33,126 bases of DNA from Bifidobacterium breve (GCA_943328365.2 CALPZT020000001.1:1-33126), one strand, 5' to 3'. Counted from the stretch's first letter, positions 1 to 8,735 are shown. Notes: generated by a model not told the origin, from the sequence alone. Made by a program: numbers and translations.

Positions 1-122
1 AAGAAGGCGACTGCCCGCTAGTCAGGCTTGATGGACGAAGGGGCCCTCGATCATCTGATCGGGGGTCCCTTCGTCATTGACGAACATTGTGACTGTGCCG
101 TCATGCGTCGGTCGAGTACGGC

Positions 123-689
123 GTGCGGTACCGTCCGCGAATGCGAGCGCCCCTCATTCGGTATCCGATCGTTCAGCACGCATTCGTCGTCGCCGATCTC
201 GATGACGCCATTCGCCACTGGATCGAGGTGATGGGTGCCGGTCCGTTCTTCGTGAGCAGGAACCACGTGGGTCGCGATCTCACCTACCGGGGCGAGCCGA
301 GCCAGACGCCTGTCCATTACGCCTTCGGGCAGTCCGGCCCCACCCAGGTGCAACTCATTGCCCAGGATGACCCGGGGCCGTCCATCTATCGCGATATGTT
401 CCCGGCCGGAGAGTCGGGCCTGCACCATGTCGCCTGCCTCGTGCCCGCGCAGGAGATGCCGGCTGAAGTGGCTCGATTCGAGGCGGCAGGGTTTTCGGTG
501 GCGTGCTCGCTCACCTCGTACGTCCCGGTTGCATACTTCGACTGCCGTGAGGCCCTCGGCTGCTTCGTCGAGCTGCACGGGCTCAATGACGAGGTTGCGG
601 GCATCTTCGAGACCTTCCGCGTGGCCCACGAGGATTGGGACGGTGTGACAGATCCGGTGCGGGTCCGATCGAAGTCATCGTCACGATAG
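123..689 (+). CDS. VOC-superfamily protein (glyoxalase/bleomycin-resistance/extradiol-dioxygenase fold), function unknown
   Basis: 188-aa ORF with an alternative ATG at 141. Segments such as IVQHAFVVADLDDAIRHW and GLHHVACLV resemble VOC-fold modules. The family call is from motif style only. The last 6 codons and the TAG stop lie inside the 671-757 tandem array. Confidence 0.55.
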   Translation: MRYRPRMRAPLIRYPIVQHAFVVADLDDAIRHWIEVMGAGPFFVSRNHVGRDLTYRGEPSQTPVHYAFGQSGPTQVQLIAQDDPGPSIYRDMFPAGESGLHHVACLVPAQEMPAEVARFEAAGFSVACSLTSYVPVAYFDCREALGCFVELHGLNDEVAGIFETFRVAHEDWDGVTDPVRVRSKSSSR

Positions 690-757
690 AAGTCATCGTC
701 ACGATAGAAGTCATCGTCACGACGAAGTCCTCGTCACGAAGAAGTCCTCGTCACGAG
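671..757. repeat. Five-copy 17/18-bp tandem array GAAGTC(A/C)TCGTCACGA(N1-2)
   Basis: Copies read directly at 671-688, 689-706, 707-723, 724-740 and 741-757. Three copies carry the ATC variant, followed by two with the CTC variant. Copies 1 and 2 each end in TAG; the TAG at 687-689 is the VOC stop. Confidence 0.95.
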
Positions 758-837
758 AATCGAGCAGCCTGAGCGTTGCGGATCTCAGTAGCGAGACTTC
801 TCCACCAGAAACTATTCATCCCGCGGAGGAGCCAGTC

Positions 838-1656
838 ATGCCGGAGCATCAATCCATCCCGGGATTGCCCGAGAGCGGGCAGCGAAAGGTGGCTATCGTC
901 ACGGGGGCTGCGACCGGCATCGGGCGCGCGGCGAGTGAGTTGTTCGCGAAACGCGGCTACCACGTTGTCGCCGTCGACCTGTCAGCGGACGCACTCGTAT
1001 GGACGAGCGAAAACGATGCCATTCGCCCACTCGTCGGCGACGTGAGCGATGACGAGCTGGGCCGGCGCATGGTGGCGACGGCTCTCGATGAATTCGGCGG
1101 ACTCGACACGGTGGTGCTCAATGCGGGGATTGCCCGGCGAACTGACTGGGAGTCGGATGAGGCCATGGAGACCTTCGACCGCATCATGGCCGTGAATGTG
1201 AGAGGCGTCGTCTCCGGGATTCGGCACGCGGCTCCAGCCATGGCCGCGCGCGGAGGCGGCGCGATCGTGGCGGTGGCGTCGACTTCAGGGGTCGGGGGCG
1301 ATCCGGAACGCTGGGCCTACAACGCATCGAAGGCCGCGGTCATCAACCTCGTCAAGGCTGCTGCGCTCGACTTCGGCGCCCAAGGCGTCCGGGTGAACGC
1401 TGCTGCCCCCGGCCCGACGCTCACCTCGATCCTTCAGGGAGGATCGGCATCGCAGGAGCACCTCGAGGCCCTGCGTCGACCGATCCCGCTCCAGCGCATG
1501 GCCCGCCCGGATGAGCAGGCAGAGGTCATCTGGTTCCTTGGAACTCCGGCGTCGAGTTTCGTGACGGGGGCGACGGTGATGTGCGACGGAGGCATCACCG
1601 CGAATGCCGGCATCTTCCTGCCGCAGTCCGTACCACTGTCAGACGTGCACCACTAA
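838..1656 (+). CDS. Classical short-chain dehydrogenase/reductase (SDR family oxidoreductase)
   Basis: GGAGGA Shine-Dalgarno at 825-830, 7 nt before ATG 838. Rossmann motif TGAATGIG (TGxxxGIG) and catalytic YNASKAAV (YxxxK) are present. Confidence 0.9.
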   Translation: MPEHQSIPGLPESGQRKVAIVTGAATGIGRAASELFAKRGYHVVAVDLSADALVWTSENDAIRPLVGDVSDDELGRRMVATALDEFGGLDTVVLNAGIARRTDWESDEAMETFDRIMAVNVRGVVSGIRHAAPAMAARGGGAIVAVASTSGVGGDPERWAYNASKAAVINLVKAAALDFGAQGVRVNAAAPGPTLTSILQGGSASQEHLEALRRPIPLQRMARPDEQAEVIWFLGTPASSFVTGATVMCDGGITANAGIFLPQSVPLSDVHH

Positions 1657-1671
1657 TGAAAGGTTCACCAC

Positions 1672-2172
1672 ATGCGCGTTGATCCCGAAGAGCTTGCCGA
1701 CCGTGAGGCTATCCGTGAGGTGGCCTACCGGTATGCCCGCGGCGTTGACCGTCTCGATGCCGAGATCATGCGGTCGGCCTACTGGCCAGAGGCAACCGAT
1801 GATCATGGCCGATTCTCGGGCAATGGCTGGGAGTTCGTCGACCGGGTGATGGCGACCCACGGTCGCTGGCGAGCGACGATGCACTGCAACATGAATCACA
1901 GCATTGAGTTCGACGCCGGCGCACTGACGGCCCGGGGTGAAATCTCGAATCTCACCTACCTGCTGCCAGATGACGACGGCCCGTGGTCGCTCTGGATCGG
2001 CCGCTACCTCGACCGCTACGAGAAGCGCGGCGATCACTGGCGCATCATCCACCGGGTGTGCGTCCATGAGGGCACCACGACGCTGCCGAGTGCTCCGATG
2101 GCCATGGACCCGTCGGTTTTCAGGCAGGGATCATTCGACAGGCCCGCTCAAGGGCGCGTGCTCGGACCCTGA
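1672..2172 (+). CDS. SnoaL-like / NTF2-fold protein
   Basis: 166-aa ORF starting 15 nt after the SDR stop, with a GAAAGG SD. The pattern (REVAYRYARGVDRLD ... RYLDRYEKRGDHWRIIHR) resembles SnoaL_4/NTF2-like proteins. Its 3' end overlaps the convergent flavoprotein gene by 42 bp. Confidence 0.6.
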   Translation: MRVDPEELADREAIREVAYRYARGVDRLDAEIMRSAYWPEATDDHGRFSGNGWEFVDRVMATHGRWRATMHCNMNHSIEFDAGALTARGEISNLTYLLPDDDGPWSLWIGRYLDRYEKRGDHWRIIHRVCVHEGTTTLPSAPMAMDPSVFRQGSFDRPAQGRVLGP

Positions 2173-3837
2173 ATCAGCGTGCGCCGCCGCGAGCCCGGCT
2201 GCGCGGCCGAACACGATGATCGGCCCAAGAGTGCCACCCGCTCCGCCGTAGGCGAGGGCAGTGGGAGCCGCGGCCGCATTGCCGGCTGCGAAGAGGCCTG
2301 GAATCGGGGTGCCCGAGGTATCGAGGACGCGACCGTGCGCGTCAGTGCGCGGACCGCCGCTCGTGCCGAGGGTGCCCGCATGCACTTCGACGGCGAAGAA
2401 CGGCGCCTCGTCGATGCGACCGAGCGTCGATGCGAGTTCGCCGCGATGCCTTCCGTCGCCGCTCCATCGGTCATAGGCGCTTCGGCCCCGGCCGAAGTGG
2501 GCATCATCGCCCGCGTCGACGAAGGCGTTCCACCTGTTCACGGTCTCGGTGAGGTTCGTAGCGTCGATCCCGAGCTCGCCGGCGAGGTCGGCGAGGGTGT
2601 CGGCTCGGGCGATCCACGGGGCAATCGGAGCGCCGGCTGGGGTGCCGAATGAGCCGAAGGTGCGGGCATTGCGTCCGTCGAAGACCAGCCAGCAGGGCAG
2701 GTTCGAGTAGCCGAAATCCGCGGGGTCGAGGTGATGGAAGGCGCCGCCGAGCGCGTTGTAGTTCGCGGCCTCATTCGCGAACCGGAGCCCGGCCCGGTTC
2801 ACCATGATCGAACCGGGCAGGGTGCGCTCCCGGTTGAGCAGCGTGGCGCGGGGCCGGCCGAAAGCCTCGTCGCCCGGCACTCGCACGGTCGGCGCCCACC
2901 ACGCCTGAGGCATATTCGCCAGGCTCGCGCCGGCACGCATGGCCATGACGAGCCCGTCGCCCTCATTGGACGGCACCGATGCTGGCGCGGTCATCGGCCC
3001 GCGGAGGAACGCGGTCACAAGGTCTGGATTCCACTCGAAGCCCCCGGTGGCGATGATGACCCCGCGGCGGGCGCGGACGAGTTGCACCGCGTCCGGCTGA
3101 TCGGCGGTCTCGTGTGCGATCCGCACGCCGCACACCCGTCCATCCTCGATGACGAGTTCGGTGGCCCTGGCCTTGAGCACCGGCTCGACACCGGCGGCGA
3201 GCAGTGCAGCGAGCAGCGGCCCGACAAGCGCGGCGCCGCAGCCCCGCAGGTCGTGCTCCTCGCGGTGGGCGAGGGTCTCGTCGTCGAGGAATCCGGTGCC
3301 GCCGCCGATCGTCGTGTCGGTGATGCGCAGTCGGACGCTTCGGCGGCTCGCAGCAACGAGGGAAGCCCACGGACCGAGCCTGTGGTAGCTGAACAACCCC
3401 GGATCGAGGGACCGGCCGCCCTCGGGTCGCCCGCCCGGATGCTCGGGGTGGTAGTCGGGGTATCCGAGGATCGCCGTGAACTGCAGATCGGTGACCTGCT
3501 CGAGCCACTCCACGGTGCCCCGGGCCCCGTCCACGAATGCACGGGCGAGCTCGGGATCCATCTGCCCGAGCGAGAGCGAGTCGAGGTAGCGCAGGGCCTC
3601 CTCGCGCGAGTCGGCGATGCCCGCCTCGTCCATGTGATGATTCATGGGTACCCAGCACACGCCGCCCGAGATCGCAGTGGCACCGCCGAGGAGACCAGCC
3701 CGTTCGAACATCGCGACCGTCGCTCCGGCGTCGGACGCCGCGAGCGCCGCGACGAGGCCCGCGGCACCGCTGCCGAGGACGATGACATCGACCTCGTCTG
3801 CGGGTGGTTCAGTCGTGAGACGTTGGGGAGAGGACAT
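2131..3837 (-). CDS. FAD-binding dehydrogenase, 3-ketosteroid-dehydrogenase/fumarate-reductase flavoprotein family (KstD-like), substrate unknown
   Basis: 568-aa ORF. N-terminal dinucleotide-binding motif VDVIVLGSGAAGLVAALAASDAGATVAMFE, plus GGATAISGG and a C-terminal GLFAAGN segment typical of FAD_binding_2 proteins. Confidence 0.85.
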   Translation of the reverse strand: MSSPQRLTTEPPADEVDVIVLGSGAAGLVAALAASDAGATVAMFERAGLLGGATAISGGVCWVPMNHHMDEAGIADSREEALRYLDSLSLGQMDPELARAFVDGARGTVEWLEQVTDLQFTAILGYPDYHPEHPGGRPEGGRSLDPGLFSYHRLGPWASLVAASRRSVRLRITDTTIGGGTGFLDDETLAHREEHDLRGCGAALVGPLLAALLAAGVEPVLKARATELVIEDGRVCGVRIAHETADQPDAVQLVRARRGVIIATGGFEWNPDLVTAFLRGPMTAPASVPSNEGDGLVMAMRAGASLANMPQAWWAPTVRVPGDEAFGRPRATLLNRERTLPGSIMVNRAGLRFANEAANYNALGGAFHHLDPADFGYSNLPCWLVFDGRNARTFGSFGTPAGAPIAPWIARADTLADLAGELGIDATNLTETVNRWNAFVDAGDDAHFGRGRSAYDRWSGDGRHRGELASTLGRIDEAPFFAVEVHAGTLGTSGGPRTDAHGRVLDTSGTPIPGLFAAGNAAAAPTALAYGGAGGTLGPIIVFGRAAGLAAAHADSGSEHAPLSGPVE

Positions 3838-3862
3838 AGCAGGAACCTAGTGGCGGCGTGAT

Positions 3863-4051
3863 CTACGACGGGAGGGAGATCGCGATCGGGGCACCCTCGG
3901 ATGTGGCGACCGCGAGTCGTTGTCCGACCCGCAGGAGCCGAAAGGGCGAGGCGTCGACGATCGACTTGGGGATGGTGGTGAACAAGCCGTCATCGCCCAC
4001 GACGATGACATCGCCGTTCGGGGCGGTGGAGCGCACGGTCGCCGGAATCAT
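3863..4051 (-). CDS. Hypothetical 62-aa protein, translationally coupled to the cofC-like gene
   Basis: The internal ATG at 4051-4049 of the 84-aa track ORF forms an ATGA overlap with the cofC-like TGA stop (4050-4048); + strand 4048-4051 reads tcat. Product: MIPATVRSTAPNGDVIVVGDDGLFTTIPKSIVDASPFRLLRVGQRLAVATSEGAPIAISLPS. I recognise no family. Confidence 0.5.
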   Translation of the reverse strand: MIPATVRSTAPNGDVIVVGDDGLFTTIPKSIVDASPFRLLRVGQRLAVATSEGAPIAISLPS

Positions 4052-4728
4052 CCGGGAACCCGACCGGAGAGGACAGCCTCGGTGGCGGGCCCGACGCCGA
4101 TACGTCGTGCATCCCACAGGTCTACCTGCGTGTCGACATCTCGGCGGGCCCGGGCGAGGAGTCTTCGGGTGTCGACGTCGGAGTCGAGGCCGAGATCGAC
4201 GTACCCGATTTGCGCGTGCCGTGCCCTCGACCGCTCGCCGAAGGCTGGCGAACTGGTGCCCGCTGCCCGGTCCATCAGCATGGTCGTGCCGATTCCCTGC
4301 GCATCACTCACGAACGACTGCCGATGCTCCTGCGCGAGGGCGAGCACGAGGTCGATGCACGCGGGAGTGAGGCAGGGCAGGTCGCCGGCAATGATCGCGA
4401 CCGGCGAGACGGGGGGCACCTGCGCCGCACCGAAAGCGGCGGCCGGATTGAGCCCGCGGTGCGGGGATTCGGGCAGCCACCGTGCGGCAGTGGCCGCGAC
4501 GATGCCCCGGACTCGGTCGTCGTCCGTTACCACGATGACGTCGGATACGGCATGTGCGCCGTGAAGGGCAACGAGGACGTCCTGGAGGAACGACAGCGCA
4601 AGCTCGGGACGGGTCGGATCATCAGGGGGGAGGAGTCGGCTCTTGGCCTCTGGCAGGGACTTCACGGGCACGACGGCTGTCCACTGCATGGTGCCCATCC
4701 AATCAAACGAGGTTTCCGCTCGAGCCAC
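4048..4728 (-). CDS. cofC: CofC/FbiD-like guanylyltransferase (2-phospho-L-lactate / phosphoenolpyruvate guanylyltransferase family)
   Basis: Motifs WTAVVPVKSLPEAKSRL, GLNPA, IIAGDLPCL and DAQGIGTTML fit the CofC (COG1920) pattern. The start is ambiguous: ATG at 4728, 4698 or 4689. 4689 (MQWTAVVPVK) fits typical family N-termini best. Confidence 0.75.
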   Translation of the reverse strand: MARAETSFDWMGTMQWTAVVPVKSLPEAKSRLLPPDDPTRPELALSFLQDVLVALHGAHAVSDVIVVTDDDRVRGIVAATAARWLPESPHRGLNPAAAFGAAQVPPVSPVAIIAGDLPCLTPACIDLVLALAQEHRQSFVSDAQGIGTTMLMDRAAGTSSPAFGERSRARHAQIGYVDLGLDSDVDTRRLLARARRDVDTQVDLWDARRIGVGPATEAVLSGRVPG

Positions 4729-4760
4729 TCCACGGTGGGATCGAGCGATAGGTTTGCGAA

Positions 4761-5489
4761 ATGACCAGGACGAGGCGCGCGTGGCGGTTGGGCTGGGGCT
4801 TTCGCGTCGCTGTCTTCCTGCTCTGGCTGCCGATGCAATTGGTCACCAAGCGCGACTGGCAGGGCCTTGAGAATCTGGAGAATGATCCCGGGGGCATCAT
4901 CGTTGCCCCGAATCACACGTCCTGGTTCGACCCCCTTGTCGTGGCCCACATGCTGTGGAGCAGGGACCGGCCGCCGCGGTTCCTCGCGAAGGAATCGGTG
5001 TTCAGAGTGCCGATCATGGGACCGATCATCACGAGTGCGGGTCAGGTGAAGGTCTACCGCGAGACGGCCGAGGCGGTCGACGCAGTGCGCGATGCTGTAT
5101 CTGCGGTCGAGCGCGGCGAATGCATCGTCGTCTACCCGGAGGGCACGATCACTCGAGACCCGGGCCTTTGGCCGATGCAGGGCAAGACTGGCGCGGCGCG
5201 GATCGCCCTGGCCTCCGGCCGACCGCTCCTGCCCCTTGCCCAGTGGGGTGCGCAGGACGTCATGCCGCCCTATCGCAAGCAGCTTCGGCTCTTCCCGCGA
5301 AAGACGATGCACGTGCGCATCGGCGCCCCGGTCGATCTCAGTGATCTCGCGAGCCGGCCCCTTGATGCCGATACATTGCATATCGCGACCGATCGGCTCA
5401 TGGATGCCATGACCGGCCTCCTCGCCGATATCCGAGATGAATCCCCTCCCAAGGAGCGCATGGTGTTCGACCGGAATGGGACAGCATGA
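4761..5489 (+). CDS. plsC: 1-acyl-sn-glycerol-3-phosphate acyltransferase (lysophospholipid acyltransferase family)
   Basis: HxxxxD acyltransferase motif (NHTSWFDP) and the VYPEGTITRD block. ATGA overlap with gpsA at 5486-5489. Confidence 0.88.
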   Translation: MTRTRRAWRLGWGFRVAVFLLWLPMQLVTKRDWQGLENLENDPGGIIVAPNHTSWFDPLVVAHMLWSRDRPPRFLAKESVFRVPIMGPIITSAGQVKVYRETAEAVDAVRDAVSAVERGECIVVYPEGTITRDPGLWPMQGKTGAARIALASGRPLLPLAQWGAQDVMPPYRKQLRLFPRKTMHVRIGAPVDLSDLASRPLDADTLHIATDRLMDAMTGLLADIRDESPPKERMVFDRNGTA

Positions 5490-6496
5490 GCCGGGTGGCG
5501 ATCATGGGCAGCGGGTCGTGGGGCACAGCCTTTTCCATGGTGCTCGCTGATGCCGGAAGCTCGGTGACGATCCTGACTCGCGACGCCCGCATTGTTCGGC
5601 AGATCAATGAAGAGCATCGCAATGAGGCCTACCACCCAGGAATCGAGCTCCCGGGGTCGGTCGTAGCGACGACCGAGCCGGCGCGTGCCCTTGAAGCTGC
5701 CGACCTCGTCGTCCTCGCCGTACCGGCGCAGGTGCTGCGGGAGAATCTCGCGCAATGGGCAGGGATGCTCCCGGCGCGCAGCGTGCTCGTGAGCCTCATC
5801 AAGGGCATCGAACTGGAGACGATGAAGCGCATGAGCGAGGTGATCGCCGAGTCGACCGGCGTCGAGAGCCATCGGATTGCCGTCGTCTCCGGGCCAAATC
5901 TGGCCCGCGAGGTAGCAGAGCACCAGCCGACCGCGACCACGATCGCCTGTGATCGCGAGTCGAGCGCCCGACTTCTCGCTGATGCATGCACGACCGACTA
6001 CTTCCGGCCCTACTGGACGACCGATGTGGTCGGCACGGAGATCGGCGGCGCGGTGAAGAATGTCATTGCTCTCGCCAACGGGATGGCGGTCGGAATGGGC
6101 CTGGGCGAGAACTCCCAGGCCTCACTCATCACCCGAGGGCTCGCGGAAATGGCGCGGCTTGGGGTCGCGCTCGGTGCCGACCCCCTCACCTTCCAGGGCC
6201 TCGCCGGCGTCGGCGATCTCGTCGCGACCTGCCAGTCGCCGCTGTCGCGCAACCGGACCTTCGGGCTCAACCTTGGCCGGGGGCTCACGGTCGCCGAGAC
6301 GATCGAGTCGACAAAGCAGACATGCGAGGGCTACAAGAGCTGCGAGCCGATCCTGGCCCTAGCGCGCGCGCACGGTGTCGACATGCCGATCACCGAGCAG
6401 GTCGTCCAGGTGGTGCATCACGGTCGCTCACCGAAGTCGCTGGCAGCCGCATTCATGGCACGCGACACCAAGCGGGAGTCTGTCGCCGGCGGCTAG
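5486..6496 (+). CDS. gpsA: NAD(P)H-dependent glycerol-3-phosphate dehydrogenase
   Basis: N-terminal Rossmann segment VAIMGSGSWGTAFSMVLADAG, plus the GPNLAREV and GAVKNVIA blocks characteristic of GpsA. Confidence 0.95.
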   Translation: MSRVAIMGSGSWGTAFSMVLADAGSSVTILTRDARIVRQINEEHRNEAYHPGIELPGSVVATTEPARALEAADLVVLAVPAQVLRENLAQWAGMLPARSVLVSLIKGIELETMKRMSEVIAESTGVESHRIAVVSGPNLAREVAEHQPTATTIACDRESSARLLADACTTDYFRPYWTTDVVGTEIGGAVKNVIALANGMAVGMGLGENSQASLITRGLAEMARLGVALGADPLTFQGLAGVGDLVATCQSPLSRNRTFGLNLGRGLTVAETIESTKQTCEGYKSCEPILALARAHGVDMPITEQVVQVVHHGRSPKSLAAAFMARDTKRESVAGG

Positions 6497-7581
6497 CTGC
6501 CGGTCAACAGGCTGGCATCGAGCGCAGCGCTGAGATCGGCCCAAAGGTCATCGGCGTGCTCGATGCCGAATGACAGGCGGATGAGGCTCTCCGGAACGGT
6601 CGTGCTCTCCAAGGCCCAACGGCGGCGGCGCTCAAGGAGTGACTCGACGCCGCCGAGGCTCGTTGCGTGGGTCCAGATGCGGGCGTGTCGGCAGGCGGTG
6701 TCGGCCGCATCCGGCCCGCCAGTCATCTCGATCGCCGCGATTGTCCCGAACCCCGGATAGCGAACCCGGCTGACCGCTGGATGGGCACGGAGCCTCTCGG
6801 TGACGACGCGGGCGCTCGCCTGAGCCTGCTCGATGCGCAGGGCGAGCGTGCGAATCCCACGCAGGGCGAGGTAGCAGTCGAATGCGCTCGTCGCACCGCC
6901 GAGGAGTACCCGCCGGCTGCGAATCCGGTCGGCTAGCTCTGGGTCGGTGGCCACGAGCGCGCCCATGAGCAGGTCGGAATGGCCACTCAGCGCCTTGGTG
7001 ACGCTGTGGAGCACGATGTCGGCCCCGTCCCGAAGCGGTCGCTGCAGCATCGGCGTCGCGAAGGTGTTATCGACGAGGGCGAGTGCGCCGGCGGCATGGG
7101 CGGCATCAATGCACGCCGGCAGGTCGGCGACCTGGAGGAGGGGATTGGTCGGCGACTCCAGCCAGAGCACGTGTGCGCCCGAGCAGGCATCGATGACGTC
7201 GGGCGTGCGATCGACCTCGACGATGCGCAATTCGATGCGTCCGATGGCATGGAGTTCGCGCAGACGCACTGCGACGCCCGTGTAGGCAGCGCTCGGAGCG
7301 ACGATCACCGCACCCTGCGGGACGAGGTCCATGGCGGCGCCCGCTGCTGCCATGCCAGACGAGAACACGGTGGCTGAACCGCCCTCGAGACCGCCGATCA
7401 CGTCTTCGAGCGCATGTGCGCTCGGGGCGTCCTCGCGCGCGTACTCCATCGGGCCACCGGCGATGAATGACGATGCGGGGACGATGGGCGTGTTGAGCGG
7501 TGCATCGGGAGTCCGTGGCGGGCGGCCGGCGGTGACGACAAAGGTCTCAGGTCTCAGCGGTGAAGTCGTCTCGTCAGCCAC
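6493..7581 (-). CDS. PLP-dependent Cys/Met-metabolism enzyme (cystathionine gamma-synthase/lyase family)
   Basis: PLP-lysine signature [12 protein letters not shown]. The 487-aa track ORF would overlap ddl, so I place the start at GTG 7581-7579 ([14 protein letters not shown]...), giving about 362 aa, which is normal for the family. The stop shares the CTAG tetranucleotide with the gpsA stop. Confidence 0.8.
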   Translation of the reverse strand: MADETTSPLRPETFVVTAGRPPRTPDAPLNTPIVPASSFIAGGPMEYAREDAPSAHALEDVIGGLEGGSATVFSSGMAAAGAAMDLVPQGAVIVAPSAAYTGVAVRLRELHAIGRIELRIVEVDRTPDVIDACSGAHVLWLESPTNPLLQVADLPACIDAAHAAGALALVDNTFATPMLQRPLRDGADIVLHSVTKALSGHSDLLMGALVATDPELADRIRSRRVLLGGATSAFDCYLALRGIRTLALRIEQAQASARVVTERLRAHPAVSRVRYPGFGTIAAIEMTGGPDAADTACRHARIWTHATSLGGVESLLERRRRWALESTTVPESLIRLSFGIEHADDLWADLSAALDASLLTGS

Positions 7582-7593
7582 GGACCGACCATA

Positions 7594-8700
7594 GTGGCAG
7601 TCGCAGTGGACCGATACGGTCAGCACGTGCAGAGGCTTCGAGTGGCAGTTGTCTTCGGGGGTCGCAGCAGTGAGCATGGCATTTCCTGCGTGAGTGCCGG
7701 GAGCATTCTTCGTGCCCTCGACCCACTCGACTACGAGGCTGTCGCCATCGGTATCGCACCCGATGGCGCCTGGTTTCTCCAGGATGTCGATCCTGACCGA
7801 CTTCGCATCATCGAGGGCATCGTGCCATCCGTCGAGCCGATAGGGCAGCAGGTGGTGCTCAGTGCCGACCCGACAACGCGCTCGAACGATCTCGGTCGCA
7901 TCGACGTCGTCTTCCCCGTGCTGCACGGGCCCTGGGGTGAAGACGGCACGATCCAAGGTCTGCTCGAGATGTCGGGCATCCCGTACGTCGGATCAGGTGT
8001 CATGGCCTCGGCCGTGGCGATGGACAAGGCCACGATGAAGGCGATCTTCGCCGCCGCCGGCCTCGCGGTTGGCCCCTATGCAGTCATCACCGACCGTCAG
8101 TGGCGCGCTGACCGGCCAGCGGCACTCGGTCGGGCCCGCGCGGTGGGCTTTCCCATGTTCGTGAAGCCCGCGCGAGCCGGATCCTCGCAGGGGATCACGA
8201 AGGTCCATTCCGACGATGCGCTGGAGGCGGCGATCGAAGCGGCTCGGATTCACGACCCCCGGGTCGTTGTCGAAGCGTCCGTCGAAGGGGTTCGGGAGAT
8301 TGAGTGCGGGGTGATCGAGGACGAGTCTGGCGTGCCGAAGGCGAGCCGCTGCGCCGAGATCATCGTCGGCGGCGATCATGAGTTCTACGACTTCGAGGCG
8401 AAGTACCTCGATGATTCCACGGACCTCGTCGTGCCTGCAGCGCTCGACGAGTCGATCGAGGCTGAAGTTCAGCGGCAGGCGTGCCTGGCATTCGAGGCGC
8501 TCGGCTGCGAGGGCCTCGCGCGGGTCGACTTCTTCGTCGGCCCGTCCGGCGCGGTCATCATCAATGAGGTGAACACGATGCCGGGGTTCACCCCGATCTC
8601 GATGTTCCCGCGGATGTGGGAGGCGTCGGGGCTCGCGTACGAGGATCTGGTGTCGCACCTCATCCGAGATGCGCAAAGGCGCGGGACGGGCCTCCGGTAG
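7594..8700 (+). CDS. ddl: D-alanine--D-alanine ligase
   Basis: VAVVFGGRSSEHGISCVSAG at the N-terminus, ATP-grasp body, and C-terminal EVNTMPGFT. The start is ambiguous among in-frame GTGs at 7594, 7606 and 7627. Confidence 0.93.
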   Translation: MAVAVDRYGQHVQRLRVAVVFGGRSSEHGISCVSAGSILRALDPLDYEAVAIGIAPDGAWFLQDVDPDRLRIIEGIVPSVEPIGQQVVLSADPTTRSNDLGRIDVVFPVLHGPWGEDGTIQGLLEMSGIPYVGSGVMASAVAMDKATMKAIFAAAGLAVGPYAVITDRQWRADRPAALGRARAVGFPMFVKPARAGSSQGITKVHSDDALEAAIEAARIHDPRVVVEASVEGVREIECGVIEDESGVPKASRCAEIIVGGDHEFYDFEAKYLDDSTDLVVPAALDESIEAEVQRQACLAFEALGCEGLARVDFFVGPSGAVIINEVNTMPGFTPISMFPRMWEASGLAYEDLVSHLIRDAQRRGTGLR

Positions 8701-8732
8701 TCAGCCGCGGGACGGGCCTGCGGTAGTCAGCC
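8681..8732. repeat. 26-bp x2 tandem duplication spanning the ddl stop codon
   Basis: gcgggacgggcctCcggtagtcagcc (8681-8706) and gcgggacgggcctGcggtagtcagcc (8707-8732) differ at one base and are followed by a partial gcg. The second copy makes up almost all of the 35-bp spacer to the convergent Lrp-like gene. Confidence 0.95.
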
Positions 8733-8735
8733 GCG

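Noticed and set aside
1-21. Possible 3' end of an upstream + strand gene (frame 1 reads KKATAR-stop, TAG at 19-21)
   Set aside because: Only six codons are visible, which cannot support a call.
51-629. 192-aa minus-strand ORF opposite the VOC gene
   Set aside because: There are no motifs. The + strand frame gives a plausible VOC-like protein followed by operon-like spacing to the SDR gene, although the VOC call itself is only moderate.
2731-3861. 376-aa + strand ORF antisense to the KstD-like gene, plus similar long ORFs at 2963-3658 and 3015-3542
   Set aside because: The composition is Arg/Gly/Ala/Pro-rich with no motifs. They lie fully inside a well-supported gene on the other strand, as typical high-GC shadow ORFs do.
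7582-7956. The 125-codon N-terminal extension of the PLP-enzyme ORF
   Set aside because: It would overlap ddl antisense by more than 360 nt and has no similarity to Cys/Met PLP enzymes. GTG 7581 gives a family-typical length.
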